DNA of 64,000 nucleotides from positions 12,930 to 76,929 of the forward strand of contig CABHOV010000037.1 of the NCBI GenBank assembly GCA_902168185.1. Reading direction: 5' to 3'. The translations under genes and the position numbers were made by a program. Origin of the DNA: an uncultured Bacteroides sp. (GTDB lineage: Bacteria > Bacteroidota > Bacteroidia > Cytophagales > Cyclobacteriaceae). Position 1 is the stretch's first letter, and the number at the start of each line of letters is the position of its first letter. Shown here piece by piece: positions 1-8,627 of this stretch. The notes beneath the pieces are model-generated. The model was not told the origin of the DNA and searched no databases. It was given only the letters and a program-made list of their open reading frames with translations.

Positions 1-1042
1 GCAACCAGCGCCAGCGTTCCAGTAGATCCGAGTCATCTATACTCTTGATGTCGCGCTCCATACGCACCATGCAATCAAACGCATCACGCTGCATGTCATT
101 TCCAAGCCACGCAGAGAGATCGCGCTCACGGTCTGCCCATGAAATATAGTGCGGCACTGAAAGTATATCGCGTGGCTTCAGATTCATAATAGCTTCCGAG
201 GCCGTTGCCATTACAATTCTATCTTGCTTAGCCAATGCCTTCAATAAACCTTCGAAGAAATTAAGTATGCCACTGTTTTGTTTCTGATGTTCTCCAAAGG
301 TTTCATAATCCATTGCCAGCGTAATCAGATCTTCATGTGCCGGTATGCCTTGTAGCCACGACATATAGCGCTCTACAGTTAACGGGCCATGGTGTGCAAA
401 TCGGAATGCTATATCATCACTCAGATTATAGTTCCGTGTAAATATCTTCAACCCTTGCTGATCAGGATGCTGGTATAAATGATGCGGGCTTCTTCCATGC
501 AGCACACGATCAACGCCATCGATGAAGACGCCATTGAATCCAAGTGCTTCCACACGCTTGCCAATCTCGTCATTATATATTAACTCAGTATTGCGAAAGA
601 CTGAAGGCCGTACACCGAAGTGTTCATGCAATTTTGCAGTATGGTCAAGCACCTGAATTTCAAATTCATCACCCGGCATCATGCAGGCGAGAGAATGGTG
701 ATCTGTCTCGGACAAAAATTCAACGTTACCGGTATTTGCCAGTGCGCGGAAACTTTCCAATACCTCAGGAGTATATTCTTTAAACTGATCGATTGCTACA
801 CCGGATACAGAAAACACCACTTTGATCTGTGGATATTTCTTGATCAATTTTAATAGTATAGCATTGGCCGGCAGATAACTTTGTCGTGCTACGCGTTCAA
901 CGATTTCCTTATTTTGCTTATCATCAAAATACTCACCGCGTGATCCTATATCAAAAAAACGGAACGGGCGCAATCTGCGTGGTTGGTGCACCTGAAGATA
1001 CAATACCAGGTGCTGTTTGGTTGTAGTGTCAGATAAGTTCAT
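1..1042 (-). CDS. Glycoside hydrolase family 57 (alpha-amylase-like alpha-glucan enzyme); 5' part only, the ORF runs off the window start
   Basis: Absent from the ORF track because it has no stop in the window. My own translation from the ATG at 1040-1042 gives MNLSDTTTKQHLVLYLQVHQPRRLRPFRFFDIGSRGEYFDD...FRNTELIYNDEIG...AMDYETFGEHQKQ. I checked codon by codon down to about 540 and the frame is open. GH57-type signature regions are present (HQP, TEL.., DYETFGEH). The start overlaps the stop of the upstream GT gene by 14 nt. Confidence 0.8.
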   Translation of the reverse strand, partial: MNLSDTTTKQHLVLYLQVHQPRRLRPFRFFDIGSRGEYFDDKQNKEIVERVARQSYLPANAILLKLIKKYPQIKVVFSVSGVAIDQFKEYTPEVLESFRALANTGNVEFLSETDHHSLACMMPGDEFEIQVLDHTAKLHEHFGVRPSVFRNTELIYNDEIGKRVEALGFNGVFIDGVDRVLHGRSPHHLYQHPDQQGLKIFTRNYNLSDDIAFRFAHHGPLTVERYMSWLQGIPAHEDLITLAMDYETFGEHQKQNSGILNFFEGLLKALAKQDRIVMATASEAIMNLKPRDILSVPHYISWADRERDLSAWLGNDMQRDAFDCMVRMERDIKSIDDSDLLERWRWL

Positions 1043-2372
1043 GATATATATTCTTTATTTTTTTTGCTACTTTATCCCAGGTAATGTTCTTAATCTCGTT
1101 CAGGCTGTTCTTCTTCAAAGTAGTTGATAAACTTTCGTACGCAAGTACATTGCAGATTGCATCAGCAAGCACATCGGTTTCCCAGAAGTCTACTTTTATA
1201 GCATGCGGCATTACCTCCGCTACACCGGATTGATTGGACACAATTACGGGTACACCCGCTTGTATAGCTTCCAAAGGCGTAATGCCGAAGGGTTCTGATA
1301 CAGAAGGCATCACATATACACTTGATACCGACCATACTTTATCGATATTATCACCCTTTAAAAATCCGGTAAAGTGAAATCTCGAAGAGAGTTTTAACTG
1401 TGCCACCCGTTCAACAACCTGCGGAAAAAGGTCCCCCGAGCCTGCTACAATAAAATGAGCATCCGGAAATTTCTCAAGTACTTTACGCGCTGCTTCAACA
1501 AAGTAAAACGGCCCTTTCTGAAAAGTAAGTCTTCCCAAAAAAGTTACAACATGAGAGCCTATCGATGGAATAACAGGGAGATCTTTCAAATCTTTCGGAA
1601 CAATTCCATTATAGGCAACACTGATTTTATCAGCCTCAATTTTATAGCGCGACACCAGTATATCTTTTGTCCATTTACTGACGGCAAGAATATGATCGGA
1701 TTTTTCTACGCCTTCTTTCTCGATATTATATACTCTTGGATCTATATTCTCTCCGGAGCGATCGAACTCCGTGGAATGTACATGTACTATAAGGGGTTTA
1801 CCACTGGCTTCCTGCGCAGCAATGCCTGCAGGAAATGTCATCCAGTCGTGCACGTGAATTATATCAAAGGCAAGTTCACGCGTAAGCGCTGCTGCTACCT
1901 CTGCATAGCGTTTCGTCTCTTCTATGAGATCGGGACCGTATGTTCCTGAAAATTTATGCGTAAAAGTATCGCTTACTTCTACTTCCGTAGTTACTTCACT
2001 GGTTGTGGGGTCTAATGTATAACTCCAGCTTTCCATGTGAAGCACAGGCGATTGATAGCTCGTCGACCGATACGGTGATAGATTGGACTCAACTTCAATC
2101 GTAGTGATGGACACCTCCACTTCTGTACGCTCCTCACCCGGTATTTCGATTTGCTGAGTAATTATTTCTTTTCGTTGATTGATTTTAATGGGCACTTTTC
2201 CCGCGTCAATAAAATCAACACGCGGAAGATTTTCTCCTCCGAACAATTTTGGTACAACAAACAGAATCTCTACATTTTCTTTTGTTAACGATTTGGTCAA
2301 TCCATAGCAAGCTGTTCCCAGACCTCCTGAAATATGTGGAGGAAATTCCCAGCCGAACATTAATACTCTCAT
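1029..2372 (-). CDS. GT-B glycosyltransferase, family 4 / glycogen-synthase-like, paired with the GH57 gene
   Basis: 447-aa ORF. It has the N-terminal glycine loop MRVLMFGWEFPPHISGGLGTACYGL and the C-terminal E-x7-E region EPFGITPLEAIQAGVPVIVSNQSGVAEV. It also carries a T/E/V-rich insert of about 85 aa (residues ~63-150). Confidence 0.8.
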   Translation of the reverse strand: MRVLMFGWEFPPHISGGLGTACYGLTKSLTKENVEILFVVPKLFGGENLPRVDFIDAGKVPIKINQRKEIITQQIEIPGEERTEVEVSITTIEVESNLSPYRSTSYQSPVLHMESWSYTLDPTTSEVTTEVEVSDTFTHKFSGTYGPDLIEETKRYAEVAAALTRELAFDIIHVHDWMTFPAGIAAQEASGKPLIVHVHSTEFDRSGENIDPRVYNIEKEGVEKSDHILAVSKWTKDILVSRYKIEADKISVAYNGIVPKDLKDLPVIPSIGSHVVTFLGRLTFQKGPFYFVEAARKVLEKFPDAHFIVAGSGDLFPQVVERVAQLKLSSRFHFTGFLKGDNIDKVWSVSSVYVMPSVSEPFGITPLEAIQAGVPVIVSNQSGVAEVMPHAIKVDFWETDVLADAICNVLAYESLSTTLKKNSLNEIKNITWDKVAKKIKNIYHELI

Positions 2373-2652
2373 ATTAAACCCCTCTGTATTTACGATAATC
2401 AGCAGAATAGATAGTTAAAGTAACTTGGCAGTGTATAGCATTTAAATTTTATGCCAACGGTTTGAGCACACTTTTCTATGTTTGTTATAACATTTACTAT
2501 AAGGGGACTTATATATACTTTAGCTTGAACAGCAGATAAAAAAAGTATAACCATCCCATAAAATATTGAGATGGTCATGCCGCTAAATGATCTTTACTGT
2601 ATATATGGATCTTGATGTTGGTGACACTACATATTTATAGTGACATCTACAA

Positions 2653-3396
2653 TTACGTTGTTGGTGCAGGAGTTTTCTGCAATACTTTCATTAATTCATT
2701 TTCATTGGTAAGATCCAAGCGCAATGGTGTGACTGATACATAATTATTCTCTACCGCCCATCTATCGGTTCCTTCTTCTGCCGGCTCTAGTGGTATAACT
2801 GTAAACCAATAATGTTTTCTTCCCATGGGATCTGTTCCGGGAACAATCTTACCATCGTATTGCCGAACAGACTGACGGGTCCATTTTATACCGACAGGAT
2901 TTGGTGGAAAGTTTACGTTCACCAATGAAAGATTCGGATTGTCCAATAGGAGTGCTAAAGCTTTTTCGACAAACGGTTCGAGTGTTTCAAAGTCTGGTTC
3001 TGATTTACCGGCCGGTGTACTCAATGCTATACCTTTCATGCCCAGCAATACAGCTTGCTTTGCACCCGCCAATGTTCCAGAGTGCCACATGGAGTTGCCC
3101 AGGTTTGATCCCATATTTATACCTGACAGGACTACATCTGTCTGCGCCCACAAGTGTGACCCTAACGCGACACAATCAGCAGGGGTACCGTTGACGCGGT
3201 ATGCATCTATATCTCCAAAATTTACCGGTGACTTTTTATAGAATAAAGGTCGCGATGCTGTGATTGCGTGTCCCATTGAAGACTGTTCAACGTCTGGAGC
3301 TACCACGCGTACTTCGCCAAAACGGGCTGCTATTTTCGCAAGACTTGCTATACCAGGGCTATAGATACCATCATCGTTTGTGATCAGAATTCTCAT
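2653..3396 (-). CDS. surE: 5'/3'-nucleotidase SurE
   Basis: The N-terminus MRILITNDDGIYSPGI is the classic SurE DDG motif. GINMGSNLG and SGTLAGA motifs are present. 247 aa. Confidence 0.9.
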   Translation of the reverse strand: MRILITNDDGIYSPGIASLAKIAARFGEVRVVAPDVEQSSMGHAITASRPLFYKKSPVNFGDIDAYRVNGTPADCVALGSHLWAQTDVVLSGINMGSNLGNSMWHSGTLAGAKQAVLLGMKGIALSTPAGKSEPDFETLEPFVEKALALLLDNPNLSLVNVNFPPNPVGIKWTRQSVRQYDGKIVPGTDPMGRKHYWFTVIPLEPAEEGTDRWAVENNYVSVTPLRLDLTNENELMKVLQKTPAPTT

Positions 3397-3482
3397 GTGA
3401 TGTTTATTTAATCCTGGCTTAAAACCTTAATAATTCATACCAGGCATATATTTATCCTGCAAGCATTGTAGAAACATACTCT

Positions 3483-4373
3483 ATGAAATCTGCTAAGTTG
3501 ATTTACAACCCAAAAGCCGGAGAAGGGGCTGATCCTACTCAAAATATAATTGCAATTTTAAAAAAGGCCGGTTACGAGTGTAGCTTATCTTCTACAAAAG
3601 AAGAAGGCTGGGAAAAATTAGATGCGAAGGAAACAGACTTAATTATTGTTGCTGGTGGTGACGGTACCGTTCGGAAAGTGGCTTTCGAATTCCTCGATAA
3701 ACGTTTACCGATTGGTTTACTTCCACTGGGTACTGCGAATAATATAGCGAAGACTTTGGAGCTTGAAGAAGAACCGGAAGATATTATAGCGCAGTGGGAT
3801 CTAAAGAAAATAAAGCGCTTCGATGTAGGACGCATCTATAATCTGAAAGATCAAAAGTTTTTTATTGAGGGATTGGGCTTTGGTGTTTTTCCGCGACTCA
3901 TGAAAGAGATGCAAAAAATAACTACACGAAAAGATGCATCCACGGATAAAAAAATAAAAACAGCGCTGGAGATACTTCATGATATCGTATTGGATTATGA
4001 AGCGCGTAAATGTACTATACAAATTGACGATGCCGAACACTCCGGAAATTACCTGATGGCTGAGGTGATGAATACACGTTCGATCGGACCTAATCTTAAT
4101 CTTGTCCCTTTTTCAGATCCTGGTGACGGACAGTTTGAAGTTGTATTGATTGCAGAATCACAACGCGAACAGTTTGCAAACTATATTTTAAGCAAGATCA
4201 TGGGAAAGGAAGAGCCTGCATTCTTCAGTATCCTGAAAGCTAAAAAATTAAAGATATATTGGGAGGGTGTACACCTGCATGTTGATGATGAGTATATCAA
4301 GTTTGATAAAGCTACTGAAATCAAAATAGAGCTACAGGAAGATGCTGTTCATTTTTTAACAACCAGAGATTAG
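3483..4373 (+). CDS. Diacylglycerol/lipid kinase family protein (YegS/BmrU-like, DAGK catalytic domain)
   Basis: LIYNPKAGEG start, VAGGDGTVRKV nucleotide loop and LPLGTANN motif. 296 aa. Confidence 0.8.
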   Translation: MKSAKLIYNPKAGEGADPTQNIIAILKKAGYECSLSSTKEEGWEKLDAKETDLIIVAGGDGTVRKVAFEFLDKRLPIGLLPLGTANNIAKTLELEEEPEDIIAQWDLKKIKRFDVGRIYNLKDQKFFIEGLGFGVFPRLMKEMQKITTRKDASTDKKIKTALEILHDIVLDYEARKCTIQIDDAEHSGNYLMAEVMNTRSIGPNLNLVPFSDPGDGQFEVVLIAESQREQFANYILSKIMGKEEPAFFSILKAKKLKIYWEGVHLHVDDEYIKFDKATEIKIELQEDAVHFLTTRD

Positions 4374-4422
4374 GATTACCAAAACGGTATGCGCTTATAT
4401 AGGCATAGATCGAAGAATGGTG

Positions 4423-4836
4423 TTACGATTTGGGACTCTGAAAATGAGCCAGCCACTGCAACGCATCATCCTGGTTATTGAAAAGTTTTGTGACAATTGG
4501 AAATTTGTTTACAGCAGACAGGATGATGTTAATATAGTATAGCTTGAATGCATTGCCGTTGGTAACTATAGCGGCATGCTTCAGCCCTGCCTGGGCGGCA
4601 CGTGGCATCATGTCTTTTTCAAACCACTTGCGGCTATCGGGACTGATAATACCTTGCTTGGAGATATTGGACAGCATATTATCAACGGGATGCTTCTTGC
4701 TATATTCGATCATAGCCAAGAATGGTTGTTGGTACTCTTCTTTGGATGGACTTCCGTCCCATACCAATACCAGTAGTCGCTTCTCAGGATAGTAGGTTAC
4801 CGAAGCGAAGGGCGCCTCAAAAACTTTAGGATTCAT
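4423..4836 (-). CDS. Small SpoIIAA/STAS-like protein, a divergent outlier of the paralog family clustered at 12-17 kb
   Basis: The ORF-track start at 4845 is a TTG; the first ATG is at 4834-4836 (MNPKVFEAPF...). It shares the family pattern: ..VW..SPSKEEY.., ..SPDSRKW.., AGLKHAAIV, and a C-terminal DDALQWL. Confidence 0.6.
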   Translation of the reverse strand: MNPKVFEAPFASVTYYPEKRLLVLVWDGSPSKEEYQQPFLAMIEYSKKHPVDNMLSNISKQGIISPDSRKWFEKDMMPRAAQAGLKHAAIVTNGNAFKLYYINIILSAVNKFPIVTKLFNNQDDALQWLAHFQSPKS

Positions 4837-4906
4837 CGATACCAAGCTACAAAATAAATTGAATCGATGTCAGTACTTAGTGTGTTAAGATTTAGGTACA
4901 TTTTAC

Positions 4907-5902
4907 CTATTGGTGCACTTCCTCGGTAAGCAGAACAATCTTCCCTATATGTTCGCTGCTTTCCATTAATGCATGTGCCTCAGCAGCATCCGACAAGGAA
5001 AACGTTTTGTAAACAACCGGCTTTACTTTCCCGGACTGAAGCCAAGGCCAAACATGTTTTTCAAGTTGTGCAGCTATCGCAGATTTAAATGTAGTATCAC
5101 GCGCCCGAAGCGTTGATCCAGTAACCGTTAACCGCTTCTTCATGATGGTTGAAAGTTTAACCTGTGCTACATCTCCCTGCATTACATTGATCAGAACAAG
5201 TCGTCCTTCTTCGGCAAGTATATCCAGGTTATCAGATATATAATCACCTCCGATCATATCCAGAATTACATCAACACCTCTGCCTTTTGTCTCCTGACTG
5301 AGGACGTCACTAAATTTTTCTGTTTTATAGTTGATCGCTTTCTCAGCTCCCAGTGTTTCGCAGTACAAACATTTCTCTTTTGTACCTGCCGTAACATATA
5401 CAGTTGATCCCCACGCTGTGGCCAGCTGAATTGCAGCTACACCTATACCGCTTGATCCACCATGAACCAATACCGTCTCCGTTGGTTGCAATCTCCCGCG
5501 ATCAAATACATTGCTCCACACCGTGAAAAAAGTTTCAGGTAAAGATGCCGCCTCGGCAAAACTCAGATTGGCCGGTATAGGGAGCGCCTGTCCTTCCGGA
5601 ACAACGCAGTATTCAGCGTATCCTCCCCCGGTAACCAGCGCACATACCTTGTCGCCAATTCTCCAACGACTTACATTTGCACCAACCGCTACTATAGTTC
5701 CCGCGATTTCGAGGCCTGGTATATCTGGAGATGCACCTGGTGGTGGTGGATAGTGACCTTTACGCTGCGCAACGTCTGGTCTATTGATTCCGGCTGCTGC
5801 CACCTTCACTAGTACTTCCTGTGCAGCCGGCTCTGGCTTTGGTTTCTCCCTCAGTTGCAATACTTCAGGATTTCCTGGCTTGTCGATTACAATGGCTTTC
5901 AT
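4907..5902 (-). CDS. NAD(P)H:quinone oxidoreductase (zeta-crystallin/PIG3-type MDR)
   Basis: [19 protein letters not shown]..., [27 protein letters not shown]-like motif, and [18 protein letters not shown] Rossmann loop. The likely start is the ATG at 5900-5902, because the 10 upstream codons of the track ORF are atypical. Confidence 0.85.
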   Translation of the reverse strand: [331 protein letters not shown]

Positions 5903-5991
5903 AATAACAATGATAGTAAAACTCACGCTCAAGCTAAAGCCTTGGCCAAAGACACTTTATAAAATCAAAAATGTTGTGCAAGCCTATATAG

Positions 5992-6023
5992 AAAGCGCGC
6001 GCAACTTTCGTTGCGCGCGCTTT
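5992..6023 (-). terminator. Rho-independent terminator downstream of osmC
   Basis: Perfect 12-bp GC-rich stem AGCGCGCGCAAC / GTTGCGCGCGCT with a tttc loop, flanked by A/T runs, 26 nt after the osmC stop. Confidence 0.75.
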
Positions 6024-6048
6024 ACATCTCCTATACTATTTCTAAGAC

Positions 6049-6459
6049 TTAGACTAAAGACGCATCCAGTGTTATGGATGTATTCAATAGTATAGAGATA
6101 GGGCAATTTAATTTTGCATCGGTCGTGCATTCGTTAAATTTCTCAACACTTATACCCGGAACCTTCGCTGTTAACACCAGGTGTGATTGGGTTATAATGC
6201 CGTTCTCAAATGTTATCGAGCAATCAGTGGACAGTTGCTCCGGTGTAAAACCTGCGTCTCCCAATACAAAGCTCAACTTCATTGTAAAGCAACCAGCGTG
6301 TGCAGCCGCTATTAATTCTTCAGGATTTGTACCAACTCCTTCTGCGAAACGTGAGTTGAATGAATATTGAGTTTTTTGCAGCACGGTACTTTGTGTTGTC
6401 AGGTTACCGTTACCTTCTTTACCGGAACCATTCCAAACTGCTGTTGCTTTTCTTTTCAT
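6049..6459 (-). CDS. osmC: OsmC family peroxiredoxin
   Basis: MKRKATAVWNGSGKEGNGNL...GTNPEELIAAAHAGCFTMKLSF... The two-Cys OsmC pattern is present. 136 aa. Confidence 0.85.
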   Translation of the reverse strand: MKRKATAVWNGSGKEGNGNLTTQSTVLQKTQYSFNSRFAEGVGTNPEELIAAAHAGCFTMKLSFVLGDAGFTPEQLSTDCSITFENGIITQSHLVLTAKVPGISVEKFNECTTDAKLNCPISILLNTSITLDASLV

Positions 6460-6498
6460 GACGATATACTATTTATACTTATGATTTTATTAACAATA

Positions 6499-7419
6499 CT
6501 ACTTGGCGAATTTGATAAGCTCTGCGTTGAACTTTTCAAGTTCCTCAATAAAAAGACCATGACCGCTGTTTTCAAAAGTTACAATCGTAGATCCTTTGAT
6601 ACCAGCATTCATTTGCTTTGCAAGATCAAAAGAACAGATCTTATCTTTTGTGCCATGGAAGATTACAGTAGGGATTTTTATTTTCGCTAATTCAGGACGA
6701 AGATCAGTATCCCGTAAGGCAATTAAACTTTGTGTAGTAGCATATGGAGATGCTTCAAGGTTGATACCGCCAAGCCAGTTGCCAAGACCTTTTGATACAG
6801 ATGTTTCAGATGCTGCAAAGATCCCACCGAAATTTTCAAGCAATTGTGGGCGATTTGTTTCGCTTAAGGCAATCAAACCATTTACAGCCTCAACGGTGAA
6901 ACCGTATGGATAGTCACTGCGTTGTGTCCACATTGGAGCAGCAGCACCGAAGAGCGCTAACTTAGCAACGTGCGCACTATTATGACGAGCCACATAGTGA
7001 ATCGAAATCGCACCACCCATGGAGAAACCTCCTAATGTTGCTTTTTCTATTCTAAGTTTATCAAGTACAGCCTTGATGTCATCAGCATATACATCATAAT
7101 TATACTTACCATAAGGTTTATCTGATTTACCAAATCCACGCAATGTGATACCAATCACGCGGAAGCCATTCTTCACAAGTTCGTTATACTGATACTCATA
7201 CATGGCATTGCTTAACGGCCAGCCATGAATCAATACTACAGGTTTGCCCTCACCAAGATCCGTAACGTGCAACTTTACATTTGGCTCTACTTCTATATAT
7301 TCGCTTCTGCCTAATGAAGCGTTAACGCGCGGTTGCGCTGCTGCAAGGTGTACTAAATTTGTAACAGCAAATACAATCAGCCAGATTGATTTTGAGAAGA
7401 TGTTCATTCGTGTTTTCAT
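6499..7419 (-). CDS. Secreted alpha/beta hydrolase (non-haem haloperoxidase/arylesterase-like)
   Basis: VVLIHGWPLS, RGFGKSDKP and the nucleophile elbow GFSMGG. The N-terminus MKTRMNIFSKSIWLIVFAVTNLVHLAAAQ looks like a signal peptide. Start chosen at the ATG at 7417-7419. Confidence 0.8.
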   Translation of the reverse strand: MKTRMNIFSKSIWLIVFAVTNLVHLAAAQPRVNASLGRSEYIEVEPNVKLHVTDLGEGKPVVLIHGWPLSNAMYEYQYNELVKNGFRVIGITLRGFGKSDKPYGKYNYDVYADDIKAVLDKLRIEKATLGGFSMGGAISIHYVARHNSAHVAKLALFGAAAPMWTQRSDYPYGFTVEAVNGLIALSETNRPQLLENFGGIFAASETSVSKGLGNWLGGINLEASPYATTQSLIALRDTDLRPELAKIKIPTVIFHGTKDKICSFDLAKQMNAGIKGSTIVTFENSGHGLFIEELEKFNAELIKFAK

Positions 7420-7448
7420 TTTGTGATGTTGTTTAATTATCAACGACA

Positions 7449-7456
7449 CAAAAGTA
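7449..7456 (-). promoter_or_regulatory. Candidate Bacteroidota -7 box (TACTTTTG = TAnnTTTG) for the hydrolase gene
   Basis: The minus strand reads TACTTTTG, 30 nt upstream of the ATG at 7419. This 8-mer pattern is expected by chance about once per 4 kb per strand, so only its position supports the call. Confidence 0.35.
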
Positions 7457-7490
7457 TACGAAGGGAATCACCTGGGGGATAGACAAAAGA

Positions 7491-8354
7491 CTACTTGTGT
7501 TGGACGTTTTTCCCCGAAGCGCTATAATAGTTCTTTTTGAATTCGGCAGGCGATGCCTCGGAAGCCTTCGTAAAGAGCCTTGTAAAGTAAGCGGGATCCT
7601 CATAACCAAGGTTATACGCTATCTCCTTTACACTATATTCTGTGTGAACCAGCAGCCGTTTTGCCTCAAGCACAATTCTGTTTTTAATGATCTCGTTGGG
7701 CGTAAGCTTTCCATATTTATGAATGCGCTTATTCAATGCCTTCGGTGTAATATTGAGAATCGCTGCATAGTCCGAGACACTATGGTATTCTCTGAAATGT
7801 AATTCAACAAGCCTGCTAAACTGCCGAAGAAATTCTATCTCCTGCGTTTCGTCATCTGCTTTATTTGATTCCTTCCAGATGCGAGTCGAGCGGATAATTA
7901 TTTCCTTTAATAGAATCCGGAGCATTTCCTCTTGTGCCGAATCATTATTCTGTAACTCGATCTCCAGTTCATTGAACACTCTCTCCATTACTGGTGCATT
8001 TTCTTTCGAGAGAAAAATCACGGGTATATCATATACATTATTATAGAGAATGCCATCGCATGAAACTTCTTTATCGTGAATCTCAACACAATAAAAATCG
8101 CGGTTATAGTAAATCAATCCATTACTGCCTTTGCCTGCCTTCTTTACCTCGTACCATTGGTTTATAGTTATAAAAAACAATGCATCCGTCTTCAGGTCAT
8201 AGCGATTGAAATCGATCTGAATAGAGGAGCCTGCCTTTAGATAGAGAATTTTTATGAAAGGATTGAATTCCTGTTGATTGACCCCACCTACGGAAGCAGC
8301 GTCAAAATTTAAAAGGCCAAATTTCTTATAGATAAACTGTTTGAACTGGTTCAT
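7491..8354 (-). CDS. AraC family transcriptional regulator
   Basis: C-terminal double HTH (DYAAILNITPKALNKRIHKYGKLTPNEIIKNRIVLEAKRLL...EIAYNLGYEDPAYFTRLFTK). The likely start is MNQFKQFIYKK, ATG at 8352-8354. Confidence 0.85.
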   Translation of the reverse strand: MNQFKQFIYKKFGLLNFDAASVGGVNQQEFNPFIKILYLKAGSSIQIDFNRYDLKTDALFFITINQWYEVKKAGKGSNGLIYYNRDFYCVEIHDKEVSCDGILYNNVYDIPVIFLSKENAPVMERVFNELEIELQNNDSAQEEMLRILLKEIIIRSTRIWKESNKADDETQEIEFLRQFSRLVELHFREYHSVSDYAAILNITPKALNKRIHKYGKLTPNEIIKNRIVLEAKRLLVHTEYSVKEIAYNLGYEDPAYFTRLFTKASEASPAEFKKNYYSASGKNVQHK

Positions 8355-8599
8355 GCCACAGGTAATAATCCACAGAAGTAGGGAAAAAAAACTATAAAGT
8401 AAAATTACTTCATTGGCACCGTTTAATATCAAGTCAACTTCAACACCAGCAACCTGTTCGCGTTTTAATCCGTCAAAAATATACTGGGGAACCGTTTCTA
8501 TTTGAAAACATATTCCGGTATTCTAACTGGATCTTCAATGCTTTACAGAAAATAGACACATTTAATTGAAGAGTATTCCTAAATCAGTTTAGGCGTTTA

Positions 8600-8607
8600 T
8601 ATTTTTG
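8600..8607 (+). promoter_or_regulatory. Candidate -7 box TATTTTTG (TAnnTTTG) for the GAF kinase gene
   Basis: Matches the Bacteroidota sigma-A -7 consensus, 21 nt upstream of the ATG at 8628. A perfect 6-4-6 palindrome lies just upstream at 8578-8593. Confidence 0.3.
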
Positions 8608-8627
8608 TATATCATCTGCAACCAGTT

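Noticed and set aside
1455-1949. 164-aa plus-strand ORF inside the glycosyltransferase gene
   Set aside because: It is antisense to a well-supported GT4 coding frame. Its composition is atypical (rich in F, R, K, I and C) and it has no recognisable motif. It is a shadow ORF.
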